64,000 bases of DNA from Ruditapes philippinarum (lineage: Eukaryota), in the NCBI RefSeq assembly GCF_026571515.1, contig NW_026864070.1, forward strand, positions 62,001 through 126,000. The letters run 5' to 3'. Below the pieces are notes generated by a model. It was given only the letters and a program-made list of their open reading frames with translations, searched no databases and was not told where the DNA came from. The position numbers were made by a program, and so were the translations under genes. Below are positions 1 through 10,827 of the stretch, one piece after another. Position 1 is the stretch's first letter. Every line of letters begins with the position of its first letter.

Positions 1-345
1 TTTGGTTCCGCCCCATTTGTTTTCCCTCGTTAAAGGGGACCACCTTTTTATTACTTGGGGACCTAATGCCGCTTTTCATGGAATGGCACGGAAGTTGTCA
101 CATTTTTGAAGGTCTATTGAATAACCCCCGTATAGCACATCTGCGATGTTTCTAAATTCCCCAAATTTTTACTATTTTCATGTTTAAAATCGTTGAATTC
201 TGAATAAAGCCGGTGCTAGGGGGCGTCGAACGGTAAACTTGCACTTTACAGTACCGTTTCCATGAACGGCTCAACAAAACCGAGCCTGCAACATTTTCAA
301 TTTTGTCGTGTTGGGCTTTTTTTAGGGATTCTGTATTTATCTATT
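1..345. mobile_element. Degenerate fragment of a dispersed non-autonomous repeat carrying the core CCGGTGCTAGGGGGCGT
   Basis: The same core recurs on both strands at about 1240, 1580, 3495, 7935, 8665, 15130, 18150, 25330, 28670, 30445, 52280 and 52550. No coding capacity. Confidence 0.55.
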
Positions 346-2295
346 TAAAACACTAAAAACCATTTGGGGTGTTACCATGGATCTTCCAGAATTTAAATAC
401 AGAAAATGTTTGGGGAATACTTGGAATTTACTGGGTTGAAGGGGTACTCAAAAACGAAAATTAATCTTTTAATGGATCTTGACTGATATAACAATTGAAA
501 ACACTTGAAGAGGAAGATAGAAAACATACTTATATCCATTTTCGGCATCCCTGGTTTCATCCCAGTACAGGATCTCATCCGAAGGGATTTGAGTATTGCT
601 CTGGTCGGCGCTATATGGTGTGAGAGATATTACACTTTCCTTTGCCTCTCGTAAATAGACTGTGTAAAGCCCAGTCTGCAATTTCAGAGCTAGTATTTGT
701 TTATGCTTTAATAACTATCGTGGGATCTAATCTTTTTTTAATTTTAATCAGTTTTAACGTATACCATTTCATAAAACAAAAGGCCAAAGTTATACATGTA
801 CGTTTTCCCAAACCTAGTGCAATAAACGTTTTTGATAAAATCTAAATCGTTTTTGGCATAGTTGACGCCGTTTCTGGCACCAAATGTATTAATCAATTTT
901 CTAAATCAACTCATGTTTAATACCGTTTATCATACAACTGCAGGTGCAAATGCTATGTTGTAAAAAGTTGCTCCGTATATCATCACTTCAGTATAGTTTT
1001 ATTTTGTTCTGGTCCTTTCTCGTTATTGACTTTATTACTTTAATGTGTTGCAGTTTTAATGACGTTAATGACGGTGCCCCGGAACGTAAGTGATGTTACA
1101 CTTTACTTTATTTCATGAACAAATTCAAACAAATAAAGAAAAACGTTTCCCTAAAGAACGCCAAAGAATATAAAATTAAAATGATGCATGCTCCGTTTGA
1201 TTAAACCTGTCCATGGAAAGTGCTAGTTACCGTCCACCCCTACTAGCACCGGCTTAAGCAAATTTCAAAATTTAAACTCGAAAATAGTAAAACTTTGAAT
1301 TTAGAAACATCTGCATATGTGCAAGAAGGCGGCAATCATGGAACCTTCGACATAATACTTTTGTGTCATTCCGCGATTCATAATATATGTTTGCTTTCAG
1401 CTAATTGTAATGAATGTCGTTTTTTATCCAACTTACTTTTCATTTTGATCATAAAATAGAGAGAATATGAATCTCTAAAGAAAATCCAAAACGGCAACAT
1501 TTGTTGCAGGCTTTTTGCTTTGATTGAGTCTAGCCTGTTCATGTACGGGACTGTCAAGTGCAAACTACCGTCCACGCCCCCTAGCACCGGCTTAAGTGAA
1601 TTCACAATTTAAACATGAAATGGTAAAATGTTGAATTTAGAAACATTCGCCGATGTGTTCATACGGCGGTTATCAAGGAACCTTCAATGTGACACCTCCG
1701 TTCCATTCCATGCAAAGCGGTGTATGGTTTTGTAGTACACATTTTGTTTGTTGTATTTTATTTGTAGTACACTTAATATTAAAATAGCCGATCAAATGCA
1801 TCCACATTTTTGTGCATTTTTTTAGATAGGATAAGGCATAAAATCCTTCTATTTCAAAAAGCCTTTTGATGATTTGTTCCTTTCTGTCATTATACTTGTA
1901 GTATTTTCACTTTAACCATTCTTAAGTCGCCGCCTTTCCTCGTTGATCTTATTTATCATAGGTTTTTTCATTTTAAGGTATTAAAAAAACATTTAAATTG
2001 TAAACACTTTAGTATTAGATGGTTTTAAAATCTCATGAAATCTAGGCTACAATTTACTTTTGTTTCAATTATACTGTGTTTTATTTTAAAAGTACTTCAA
2101 AATCTCTGATCCCCTTTCAAAATTCCATTTCATTTAGTTTCGCCCATTTGGTTCTCGTTTAGGGCACTTTCATTTTTTCACTTGGGGACAATATGCCACT
2201 TTTCAAGGAATGGCTCGGACTTATGACATTGAACGTTCCATGTAAACGTCATATGAACACCTGCAGGTCATTGTTAAATCTGCATTACACACATT

Positions 2296-2532
2296 TGAGC
2301 CATGTCACGACAAAACCAACATAATGGGTTTGCTACCAGCATGGATCCAGACCAGCCTGCGAATCCGCGCAGTCTGATCAGGATCCATGCTGTTCGCTTA
2401 CAAACCCTATAACAAGTAAAGAAACTGATAGCAAACAGCATGGATCATGATCAGTCTGCGCGGATGCGCAGGCTGGTCTGGATCCATGCTGGTCGCAAAC
2501 CCATTATGTTTGTTTTGTCATGACACGGCTCA
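2296..2532. mobile_element. Palindromic MITE with ~105-bp terminal inverted arms
   Basis: TGAGCCATGTCACGACAAAACCAACATAATGGGTTTGC... pairs with ...GCAAACCCATTATGTTTGTTTTGTCATGACACGGCTCA. The matching site in unit 2 (~29395, CACACATATGTGAAATGAC) is empty. Confidence 0.9.
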
Positions 2533-3769
2533 TTTGTGAAACGACGTGTATTTTGACTAAATTCTTCAATCACAGTTATAGTTTACATATAGTTATGACA
2601 ACAGCAACTACAACTACAACCACATGTTTAGGTATTACATCTACACATGCCATTTTAAATATAAAAGAAACCATTCAATAATGAATTATGAGAGACTATG
2701 TCAAGATATATATTATGAATATGTTCAGTACAGAGGTAGAATTAGCTATTTTTCACATTATATAATTTTTAGTTTTGTTTTGCCAAGCACATTTGGTTAT
2801 ATAAGCTTATAAACGCGAGGTGTTAATACCCTAAATTTAATGATAACGAAAAGTGTATGTAGGTATTTTTTAAGAACATATACCCTTAACTGAATGATAC
2901 TGAAATTTGTGTGTAGTAATTTTTAAGGACATCTTTACCTATCTAAGCTAAACGTTTTGCATAATTTATATACAATCAAGATACTATCACCAGTTTTATA
3001 ACATATCATGCGGTTTTACTTCAATGTTACATTTTATTTCTTTTCTCCTTATCTATTATTTAAATGTGCTCCTCATAGATATTGTGGTTTATTTAAAAAA
3101 AGAAACATTTTTAACCCTGCTGAACATTATAAAATGGGACTGAACCTGGTCCGACTGCACGGATGAGTATGCTAATCTGGATCAGGTTCATCACTTTCGG
3201 TTCCAACAGTGTACATGTTAATTAATGTCTTATAAAATGTAACGATATCGTCTACTGAAAAAATTTGTTATTCACCAGTAGTTTGATAAGGTATCAAATG
3301 ACAGTGTACATATTTCTATGGAATTTATGTTTCATTCGTGTAGCACATCAGGTTTAAAATATGATCATGCTTGTGTCAAATAGGATTAGGATTTATTTGT
3401 CCCGTACTTCACTTCATTGTTGTTATATTTGTCTGGTCCTTCGGGATAATTGATGCCAGCACTATTAAGTGTTGATAATTGAGTACCGCTCAAGGCGGTG
3501 CTAGGGGGCGTGAGGGATGTTCCACTTATTCATTATTCTTCATGTACAGACTCAATCAAACCGAGTCTGCAATTTTCATGTAATTTTTTTGTGATTAATG
3601 CTTCTGAGGGATCACTTTGTTTCCAGATTTTTGTAACTGTTCACATGAAATAGAAATATGTTTATGATACACAACAATACAACAAGGAAATTATGAAGTA
3701 AGTTGCACTAGTTTGGAAGGCAGAGCCACTTATCACCTAGTGGATACACGAACAGTGATTTATATGTAG

Positions 3770-4500
3770 TGTGTATCTATCAAAACAGTACAAACTTTCA
3801 TTCAGCTTTTATTTAAGATAACAATATGTACAAAAGCAATTTTTTCCTTTTTTATTTATTTTTTTATCTTTCTTTTATCTCTCCTTATCACATTTTTCTT
3901 GCATTTTTGGCCAGTACTTCAGAACATGACAGGTAATTTATTTCCCACTCCAAAGTGTGATAAATCATTTTTTTTCCAATAAAGATACAGTTTTTAATTT
4001 AAAAATGAAAAACAACTAGAAAACAGTGCAGTGTTTGACCTTAAAAATCAAAGTTTGACCATATTTTGTTTTGAATATAAGGTTTAATCAGCGGTAAGAT
4101 TATTTTGATGATATGCATTCCTAGATCCACTGGTATTAGGGTTTCCCGGGTTTTTTCTATTGACATATGTATACCCTTGTTTAGTTAACATAATATGAAA
4201 AACACGGCGTGTTTAACTCCTATTTCTATTAAGAGTTACGTTGGAATTTTTCAACGTTACGTTCATTCTTTGGAGATCAAATAAAATTTGTTCATTCCGC
4301 AAGTTTTAAACACGGATATAAAGTTGTTGCTTTGTTCTGTTTATATGATAATTTAACCATCAACGTTTACCTCATCTCATACCACATGCAAGTATTCTTT
4401 ATAACTATTTCGTAGTGTTTTCTCATTCATTATTATAGCATATATTAATTTACCATAGACTGTGAAAAGCAATGATCATTAAGATATTTTTAAGGTACCA
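3770..4500 (+). promoter_or_regulatory. Conserved upstream block of the LRR genes (candidate promoter plus non-coding first exon), copy A
   Basis: Homologous blocks precede all six copies (about 15610, 22135, 30720, 41330, 49205). They contain TATA-like, GGAATTTT(T)CA and TTCATTCYGCAAGT motifs. Each ATG follows a splice acceptor (TTTCAG|AAYTATG), so an upstream UTR exon should exist. Confidence 0.35.
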
Positions 4501-4501
4501 A

Positions 4502-6310
4502 GACTTGGATAAATTTCAAAAATTAAGAACTTTCAAGCTTCAACTGGTCAGTACATACGATTTTTCTACACTTTATAAAACACTTTTGCCACAATAATTA
4601 ATCAATGATAAACGAATTTCCTAATTCAGAAAACTTTTGCACGGGAAAAGGTTACCTTTCTAGCATGTAATTCTAACAAAGCTTTTTTACTAACGGTATT
4701 GTTAAACATTATACTATGTGGACCTGTGACGAAGTTTGTAGAGCACTCTCTTTTCTTTTAGACAACATTTATGTCAGGTTTGGTAATACCCTATTTAAAA
4801 AGATCATAGGAATTCCAATGGGTGCTAATTGTGCACCCCTGGTCGTAGATTTGTTTTTGTACTGCTATGAAAGAGACTTTATGTTAAGTCTCTCTGAAGA
4901 TAAACAACAAGATGTTATAGTCGCATTTAATAATACTTTCAGATACATTGATGATATTTTTAATTTGGATAATTCTTATTTTGATCAAATGGTTTCTGAC
5001 ATTTATCCGCACAAACTACAACTTAATATAACGAACTCTTGAAATTTTAGTACATCATTTTTGGATATTCATATTACTATCAACAACAATTCTATTCTGA
5101 TAAAAGAGATGACTTTGACTTTTGTATAGTTAATTATCCACACTTAGATGGAGACGTACCCATGCAACATGTTACGGGGTATATGTTTCTCAGTTGATTA
5201 GATTCGCTAGAGCTTGTAGCAATGAAAAGGATTTCAACGAGCGGAATATTTTTATTACCAGCAAGCTTCTAAAACAGGGCTACCGCTTCATAAATTACAG
5301 AAATATTTTTACTAAATTTTACAATCGTAATTTTGATTTAATTTCAAAATTCAATAGTGATTTAAAAACTCTTTTGCGACAAGGGATTAGCCAGCCTGGT
5401 TTTTATGGCGATGTGATTTACAAACTTCGTAAGATTTTGGGTCATGGTAATTTTTCTGCTGTTTTACTAAAATCATTAAACGTTTTATAAAAAGAGGTTA
5501 TGACCCTACTTTTTAAGACATACTGCATACTTAGTGTTCAACCATTTTACAGTTGGACACCACGCTTTCCTCTTTTGATTACATCTGACGGACCAAGTGG
5601 GAGACTCTACGATGGACAGTTCTTAAAGCCCTTTGGGACTGAATTGTCGTAATGTTCGTCTTCTGCCTTGCTTCGTCGGGCCCTTGTAGGTGATTTTCTT
5701 GTTGCTCTGTCTTCCTTTAGGACATAAAGTACTTTTGGTATGGTCTTCGGGTGTACTTTTATATGTTTCTACATGATCATTTTGGTGTTTTACTTATTTA
5801 ACCTTTTGTAACCATAACAACTTTTAGAATTTCACTTGGCGGGGATTCATTTTAATTACACTGTCTCGTTTATAGGAACATGGTTGGCTAAGAGCGAGGT
5901 TTGGTGCACCATTAACCGGTTTAAACTCACCAGCATTCATTTTTATGCCGCTGACCTTTCCAAGGCGGTGCCCCTCTCTGTTCCTCAGATGTATGTCTAT
6001 GTTGTTTCATACTGTTTTGGTGACACTTTTTCTTGTGTCCCTTGTTGTTTTCTCGTCTACGGTAAGTATCTTCCTATGTGCCCTTTGACTTTGTGGGCCT
6101 GTTGTTCGATCATTTATTTGTTTTCTTTGAATTCCTTATCAGTTACAAATTATGTATTCTTTTAGTGATTTAACTGTCCGTGCCCTGTCCTGTTTTTCGT
6201 TTGCGGTCCACCTGGGCTCCTTGCCACTGGCTCTTGTTGCTGGGTCGTGTGGGGGTTGCGTTCATTGAACGCCACCTTTCCTTGTTGATCTTTTTTATCA
6301 TATTTTTGCC
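4502..6310 (+). mobile_element. 5'-truncated, frameshifted Penelope-like retroelement (Naiad-type RT) with 3' tail, upstream of LRR copy A
   Basis: Motifs STYDFSTLY, GIPMGANCAPLVVDLFLYCYE, FRYIDD, DKRDDF and YGVYVSQLIRFARACS. The ORF ends near 5626 without a C-terminal GIY-YIG. It starts after TAAGGTACCAA, where B/B' copies (16337, 42050) have no insertion. Confidence 0.85.
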
Positions 6311-6540
6311 CCTTGCCACTCACCTGTGGGATCAAGTCTTGTCATGGACGACTTGGAATTCTTTTATATGATGAAGATATCCAGCTAGCTTATTGAAGAT
6401 CGGTTGTTCTACTCAGATGTCCGTTTGTGTCTGAAGTAATGCACGAAGGAGCACATGAGGTCTTCCTTCAACAGTAAGGATGCAAAGATGCCATATGACC
6501 TTTAAAATGTTGATATGACATAAAACCCAACAACAATAGA
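6311..6540 (+). mobile_element. tRNA-derived SINE, 5'-truncated, just upstream of the acceptor of copy A
   Basis: Homologous to the fuller SINE copy at 22942-23210 (…TATCCAGCTAGCT…GCCATATGACC…AAACCCAACAACAA tail). Confidence 0.7.
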
Positions 6541-6598
6541 AAAATAATTTTTCTACTCATTTTATCAAAAATTCTATTTTTTTTATCTTTTCAGAACT

Positions 6599-9386
6599 AT
6601 GTCTGTAAGACGATTTTCCTTTTTCCTATACATGCTTTGTCCATTCATCATTCAAGTTGGAACCAAAAATGTCACGTGCCCTGCCTCATGTGAATGCGAC
6701 ACTTTCTTTGGAAAAAAAGAAGTAGGTTGTGCTAACCTCACTGATGTTCCGTCAAATATTCCCGAGGACACCAATTTGCTAGATTTAAGTGGGTGTAATA
6801 TATCCCACATTCATATTCAGCCGCTGGAAAAGCTCTTCAAATTACAAATCTTCACCTTTCAGGAAATAAATACAAATGATGAGAATTACAATCTTACAGC
6901 CTTGGACTTGCCACTTCTGAATGAAATAGTCGTCGATGGCGGCGTTTCAACTTCTATCCCACAGCTGTTACCATCTTATATTGGTACGCTTAGTGTTGCA
7001 TATAACAATCTAGGAACACTAAAGTCTGGTAGTTTTAAGAACTACCCAAACTTAGAAACGTTATTATTGTGGGACTGTATGTTAATGAAATTAGAAGCTG
7101 GTGTGTTGGATAATATTCCTTCTCTTTCAACACTTGAGTTTAATAGAAACAATCTAAAAGATGACAGTTTTCCGTTGGGCGTATTCAAGAAAAACCAAGC
7201 ACTTGACTCTGTTTCATTTTTTGCAAATGAATTGAAACACGTAGTGTCCAATCTTCCAAGTTCTGTTACAAGTGTCGATTACAGCGCCAATACCATATTT
7301 GAGCTTCGAGCTTACGACTTCAAATCTACGCCGAATCTGATATACCTGTATCTTCAACAGAATATGGTATGCAAATTTCTTTTAATATTAAAATGTCATC
7401 GTTGTTAGTTATACATGTATATAAAACCAGGCAAATATAACTCGCAAAACAAACAAACAAACAAACAAACGAAAACGCGAACAACCATAGAGATATTGCA
7501 GATATCGTAATTTCCTTATTTCATACCAAACAACAGCCCACAAACGTTATGTTTAAACCAGAGTTGCATTTGATGGGTTAGACATACTAATCTCGTTGGA
7601 TTTGAGTTACAATAACATCAATAAATTATAGCATCAGTGTAGTTGAAACTTATTAATTTTATTGCTTCAAATACACGTTAAAACCAGTGAACAAATTATA
7701 TCTACATATATATACAGTAAGTAAATTATGAGAGGGGTAACATGTTCTACTAACATTAGATTAAGTCCGTCGTAAGTAATGTACCCAAAACAAAAATGAA
7801 TCTGCATACATATAAACATAAAAATCTTTAAAAGTGGAGATCCCTCGAGAACAGTGAGGGGAAGTATTTTAAATATGTAAATTACAAACTCGGTTTAATT
7901 GAGTCTGATGGGAAGGGTAACGGTTTTCACTCCCCCTAGCACCGGCTTTAGCACATATCAATCTTCAACACCATTTAGTTTTAGAATCAGTGAGTGACCG
8001 CGAAGATGTAGAAAATTTCATAAAACTGAAATTAAGTAGGAACAGCTTATTACTACTGCCATACACCACTTGACATCTGGTGACCCAGGATATTTCATTG
8101 AATTTATTCAGACAGTGGCATTCAGTGTTGTGTTAAAGATAAAAAGTTAACAGCACTTTGTTAAGAGTCTCATATATTTATTGTATCCACATCAAAAGTA
8201 AAAAGCATCATATTGATAGCCAATACTATATGAGCTATTACGATACTTGTAATATATAAGTATTGATGAAAATACAGATCAGGACTCAATAGACCATATT
8301 GTTTTACCAGACTCCGTGTTCATCAGAATAAATCAAATAATTACCATTGTCCTTCCTCATAGATTAGATATCAACTTGAAAAAACTGTACTAGAAATAGC
8401 ATGCTTAGAATAAATTCATTGTTACATTTGCAAGGAATGGGAATTTACAGTTGATCTAAATACCGATCTTGATTCTAAAATTGATTCTTATTTTAATCCG
8501 TTATTTTGGTATCTGTTTTGTTATTCGTCCATTTCATGCAAAAATAGATTTTCTTTTTTGAATAGAGAAAATATTAATCCCTTACGAAAATCCAAAATGT
8601 CAAAATTGAAAATGTTGCAGAGTCGGTTTAATTGAGCATGTACAGTGCAAACTACCGTCCATGCCCCTAACACCGGCTTAAGTAGAATTCAACATTTAAA
8701 CATGAAATGGCAAAATTTTGAATTAATAAACATCCGCAGATGTATTCATATGGCGGTTATCATGAAATCATCATTTTATTACATTTTGAGTATGTACCAT
8801 TTAATTTTAGCAAAATTTAGGTCATTTTGAGTTTTATTGCACAGTGAAAATTTAGACAGGATCAGTTAATCCTGATATTTTCTAAGTGAACACAGGGCCT
8901 TCTACACTATGCATTTTCATTAAAATACGATATATCCATTATCGATTTATTATAATTTATTTGTTCTTCCGCATTTCTGCATGAAGCAGAACAATCACTT
9001 TTACATATTATTTTCAGATTAACCAGTTGAAGGACTTTACGTTTGCCGGCTTAACTTCACCTTTAGAGCTGAATTTGTCATATAACTGGATAACAGCCAT
9101 TGCCAAAGATGCATTCAAATCATTACAATCAAGCAAGATTGACCTCAGTTTTAATAAGTTACAAAGTCTTCAAGCTGAGGTTTTCTCTCATCTTACAAGC
9201 AGTGCTAATGTAAATCTGGGTGGCAACTTGTGGAATTGTGATTGTCACCTAAGATGGTTGAGAGAAGCACTAGACAATGCCACTTATACCATTGAGCTTC
9301 CGTACACTCTTAAATGTGCAACACCAGTCAAGCTCGCAGGAAAGTCTTTCATTGATCTTAAACCAAGCGATTTTGTGTGTATGTAG
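6599..9386 (+). CDS. Secreted LRR-only protein, copy A (predicted 378 aa; exons 6599-7366 and 9018-9386; exon 2 destroyed; one LRR deleted in exon 3)
   Basis: Signal-like N-terminus, LRRNT CPASCEC..EVGC, LxxLxLxxN repeats and LRRCT NLWNCDCHLRWL..CATP..FVCM*. Acceptor AG 6593-94, donor GT 7367, acceptor AG 9016-17; phase-0 join keeps the frame. Confidence 0.8.
7564..7648 (+). pseudogene. Relic of LRR exon 2 in copy A (acceptor and donor ends deleted)
   Basis: TTGCATTTGATGGGTTAGACATACTAATCTCGTTGGATTTGAGTTACAATAACATCAATAAATTA matches the interior of exon 24530-24745. The flanking TTTCAG and AAG|GTAAAT are absent. Confidence 0.8.
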
Positions 9387-10243
9387 GACAAAATTTCATT
9401 ATTCAAATAGATATTTTATATTTCAAATTTGAGCAGACTTTTATATGTAAATTGCTTAATCAGATAATAATTATGTACTAGACACACGGATTAGAAAACA
9501 TTGTTCAATGTTTCATACTTCATTTATTATTTTACGCTTTCCAGTCGGAGAGACAAGAGGCAATCTTCATAACGTAAAATATCTCTTTTTTCCGAACCAC
9601 ATTTTGAATGTGTAATACATCAATTACTACAATTTGCATGTTTGAAAACTTGTAAAAAATTAATACAGGCACAACAACATTGAAAAGATATAATATTGTT
9701 TTGAACCGAATACACAACTTTGCGAGTAACAATACAATATATTTAGAGTTTAAATTGATCCTGAGTTGCAATAACATATAATAATACTTAAAGTACTGAA
9801 TAAATGAGGTTTAGAAATTTTGAAAAATTTTGATTGTTGTATTCCTTGTATCATCCGGTAATTTTTTTTGGCCAGTGCTATAGTACGTGAGAGATGTTAC
9901 ACTTTCAGACTACTGAGTAAAGCCTAGTCCTCAATTTTATAGCTAGTATTTGTTGATGCTTTCAAGACAAAGGTCTATGTTCTTCATCATATAGTGCAAT
10001 TAGTGTTTTTGACATAATCTGAATAGATTTTGACGTCGTTTATGGCATCAAATGAATCGAATTGATCTTTATCAATTTTCGAAATCATCTCATGTTTAAT
10101 GCCGTTTTTCATACAACTGCAGGTGTTTTTGTTTTGTGGCACTTGTAAAAGTTGCTCCTTATTTCTCTCCAGTATAGTTATATTTTTTATATTTTGATAA
10201 TTCATTCTAATACTTCACTGTGTTGCTGTTTTGATAACGTTAA

Positions 10244-10827
10244 GGTAGTACACCCTAATGCACTATCTCCACTTTGAAGAGTATTTAAATAGGCTAGAAT
10301 CACTGTCAAGTGTATTGAAACACGGTAAAAGTATTTTATATTTTGCAAGACCAACCAATATACATTAAAGAAAATTTAGGCAAACTTTGAAAACAGCCCC
10401 TTATTGTGGAAAACTTTTGGGCTTTTGGGATATTTCAATTAAGGCTTTTTATGTAGGGAAATGGTCAAATAAGTGTTTAAAGGGGGTGGGGTAGGGTTAC
10501 AATTTTTTTTACATATTTAAAACATTTCGTTTAGGAACTATCATTTTGCTCGTTTAATTTGCTACCTGAATGTCATTATTTGTTTCTTAACAATGAGCAA
10601 TAGGAAAACATTTTTCATAACGATGTTATTACAGATTATTTAGAGTTTCCTGATTTCTGAAAAAAGCCCTTCTAATGGCAAAGTTTTAGTTCAGAAAAAT
10701 TCCCATAACTCATAAACCACATGGTAAATATTGTTTAAATTTTGCATACAGGTGACATTTAAGGCATATAACTGTCCTATGATGTCAATTTTACATTTCC
10801 TCATAGTGTCATTAGGGGTGTACTACA
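10244..10827. mobile_element. Non-autonomous TIR element with TTAA target duplication (Kolobok-like GG..CC ends), internally deleted
   Basis: TTAA|GGTAGTACACCCTAATG…CATTAGGGGTGTACTACA|TTAA. The empty site ATAACGTTAAT is seen at 20140 and 36160. Confidence 0.8.

Noticed and set aside
4716-5490. RT next to variable LRR genes as a diversity-generating retroelement or retron-like system
   Set aside because: The RT is a truncated, frameshifted Penelope-like element. There is no template/variable repeat pair and no evident adenine-specific variation.
5580-5640. Hammerhead ribozyme in the Penelope-like element tail
   Set aside because: CTGACGGA is not the CTGANGA core, no matching GAAA or stems could be traced, and the stretch is the end of the RT ORF.
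7367-7408. C-terminal extensions of exon-1 ORFs (VCKFLLILKCHRC; also the ends of ORFs 24488 and 43692) and TTG 'starts' of exon-3 ORFs
   Set aside because: These are intron read-through past conserved GT donors and internal codons after AG acceptors.
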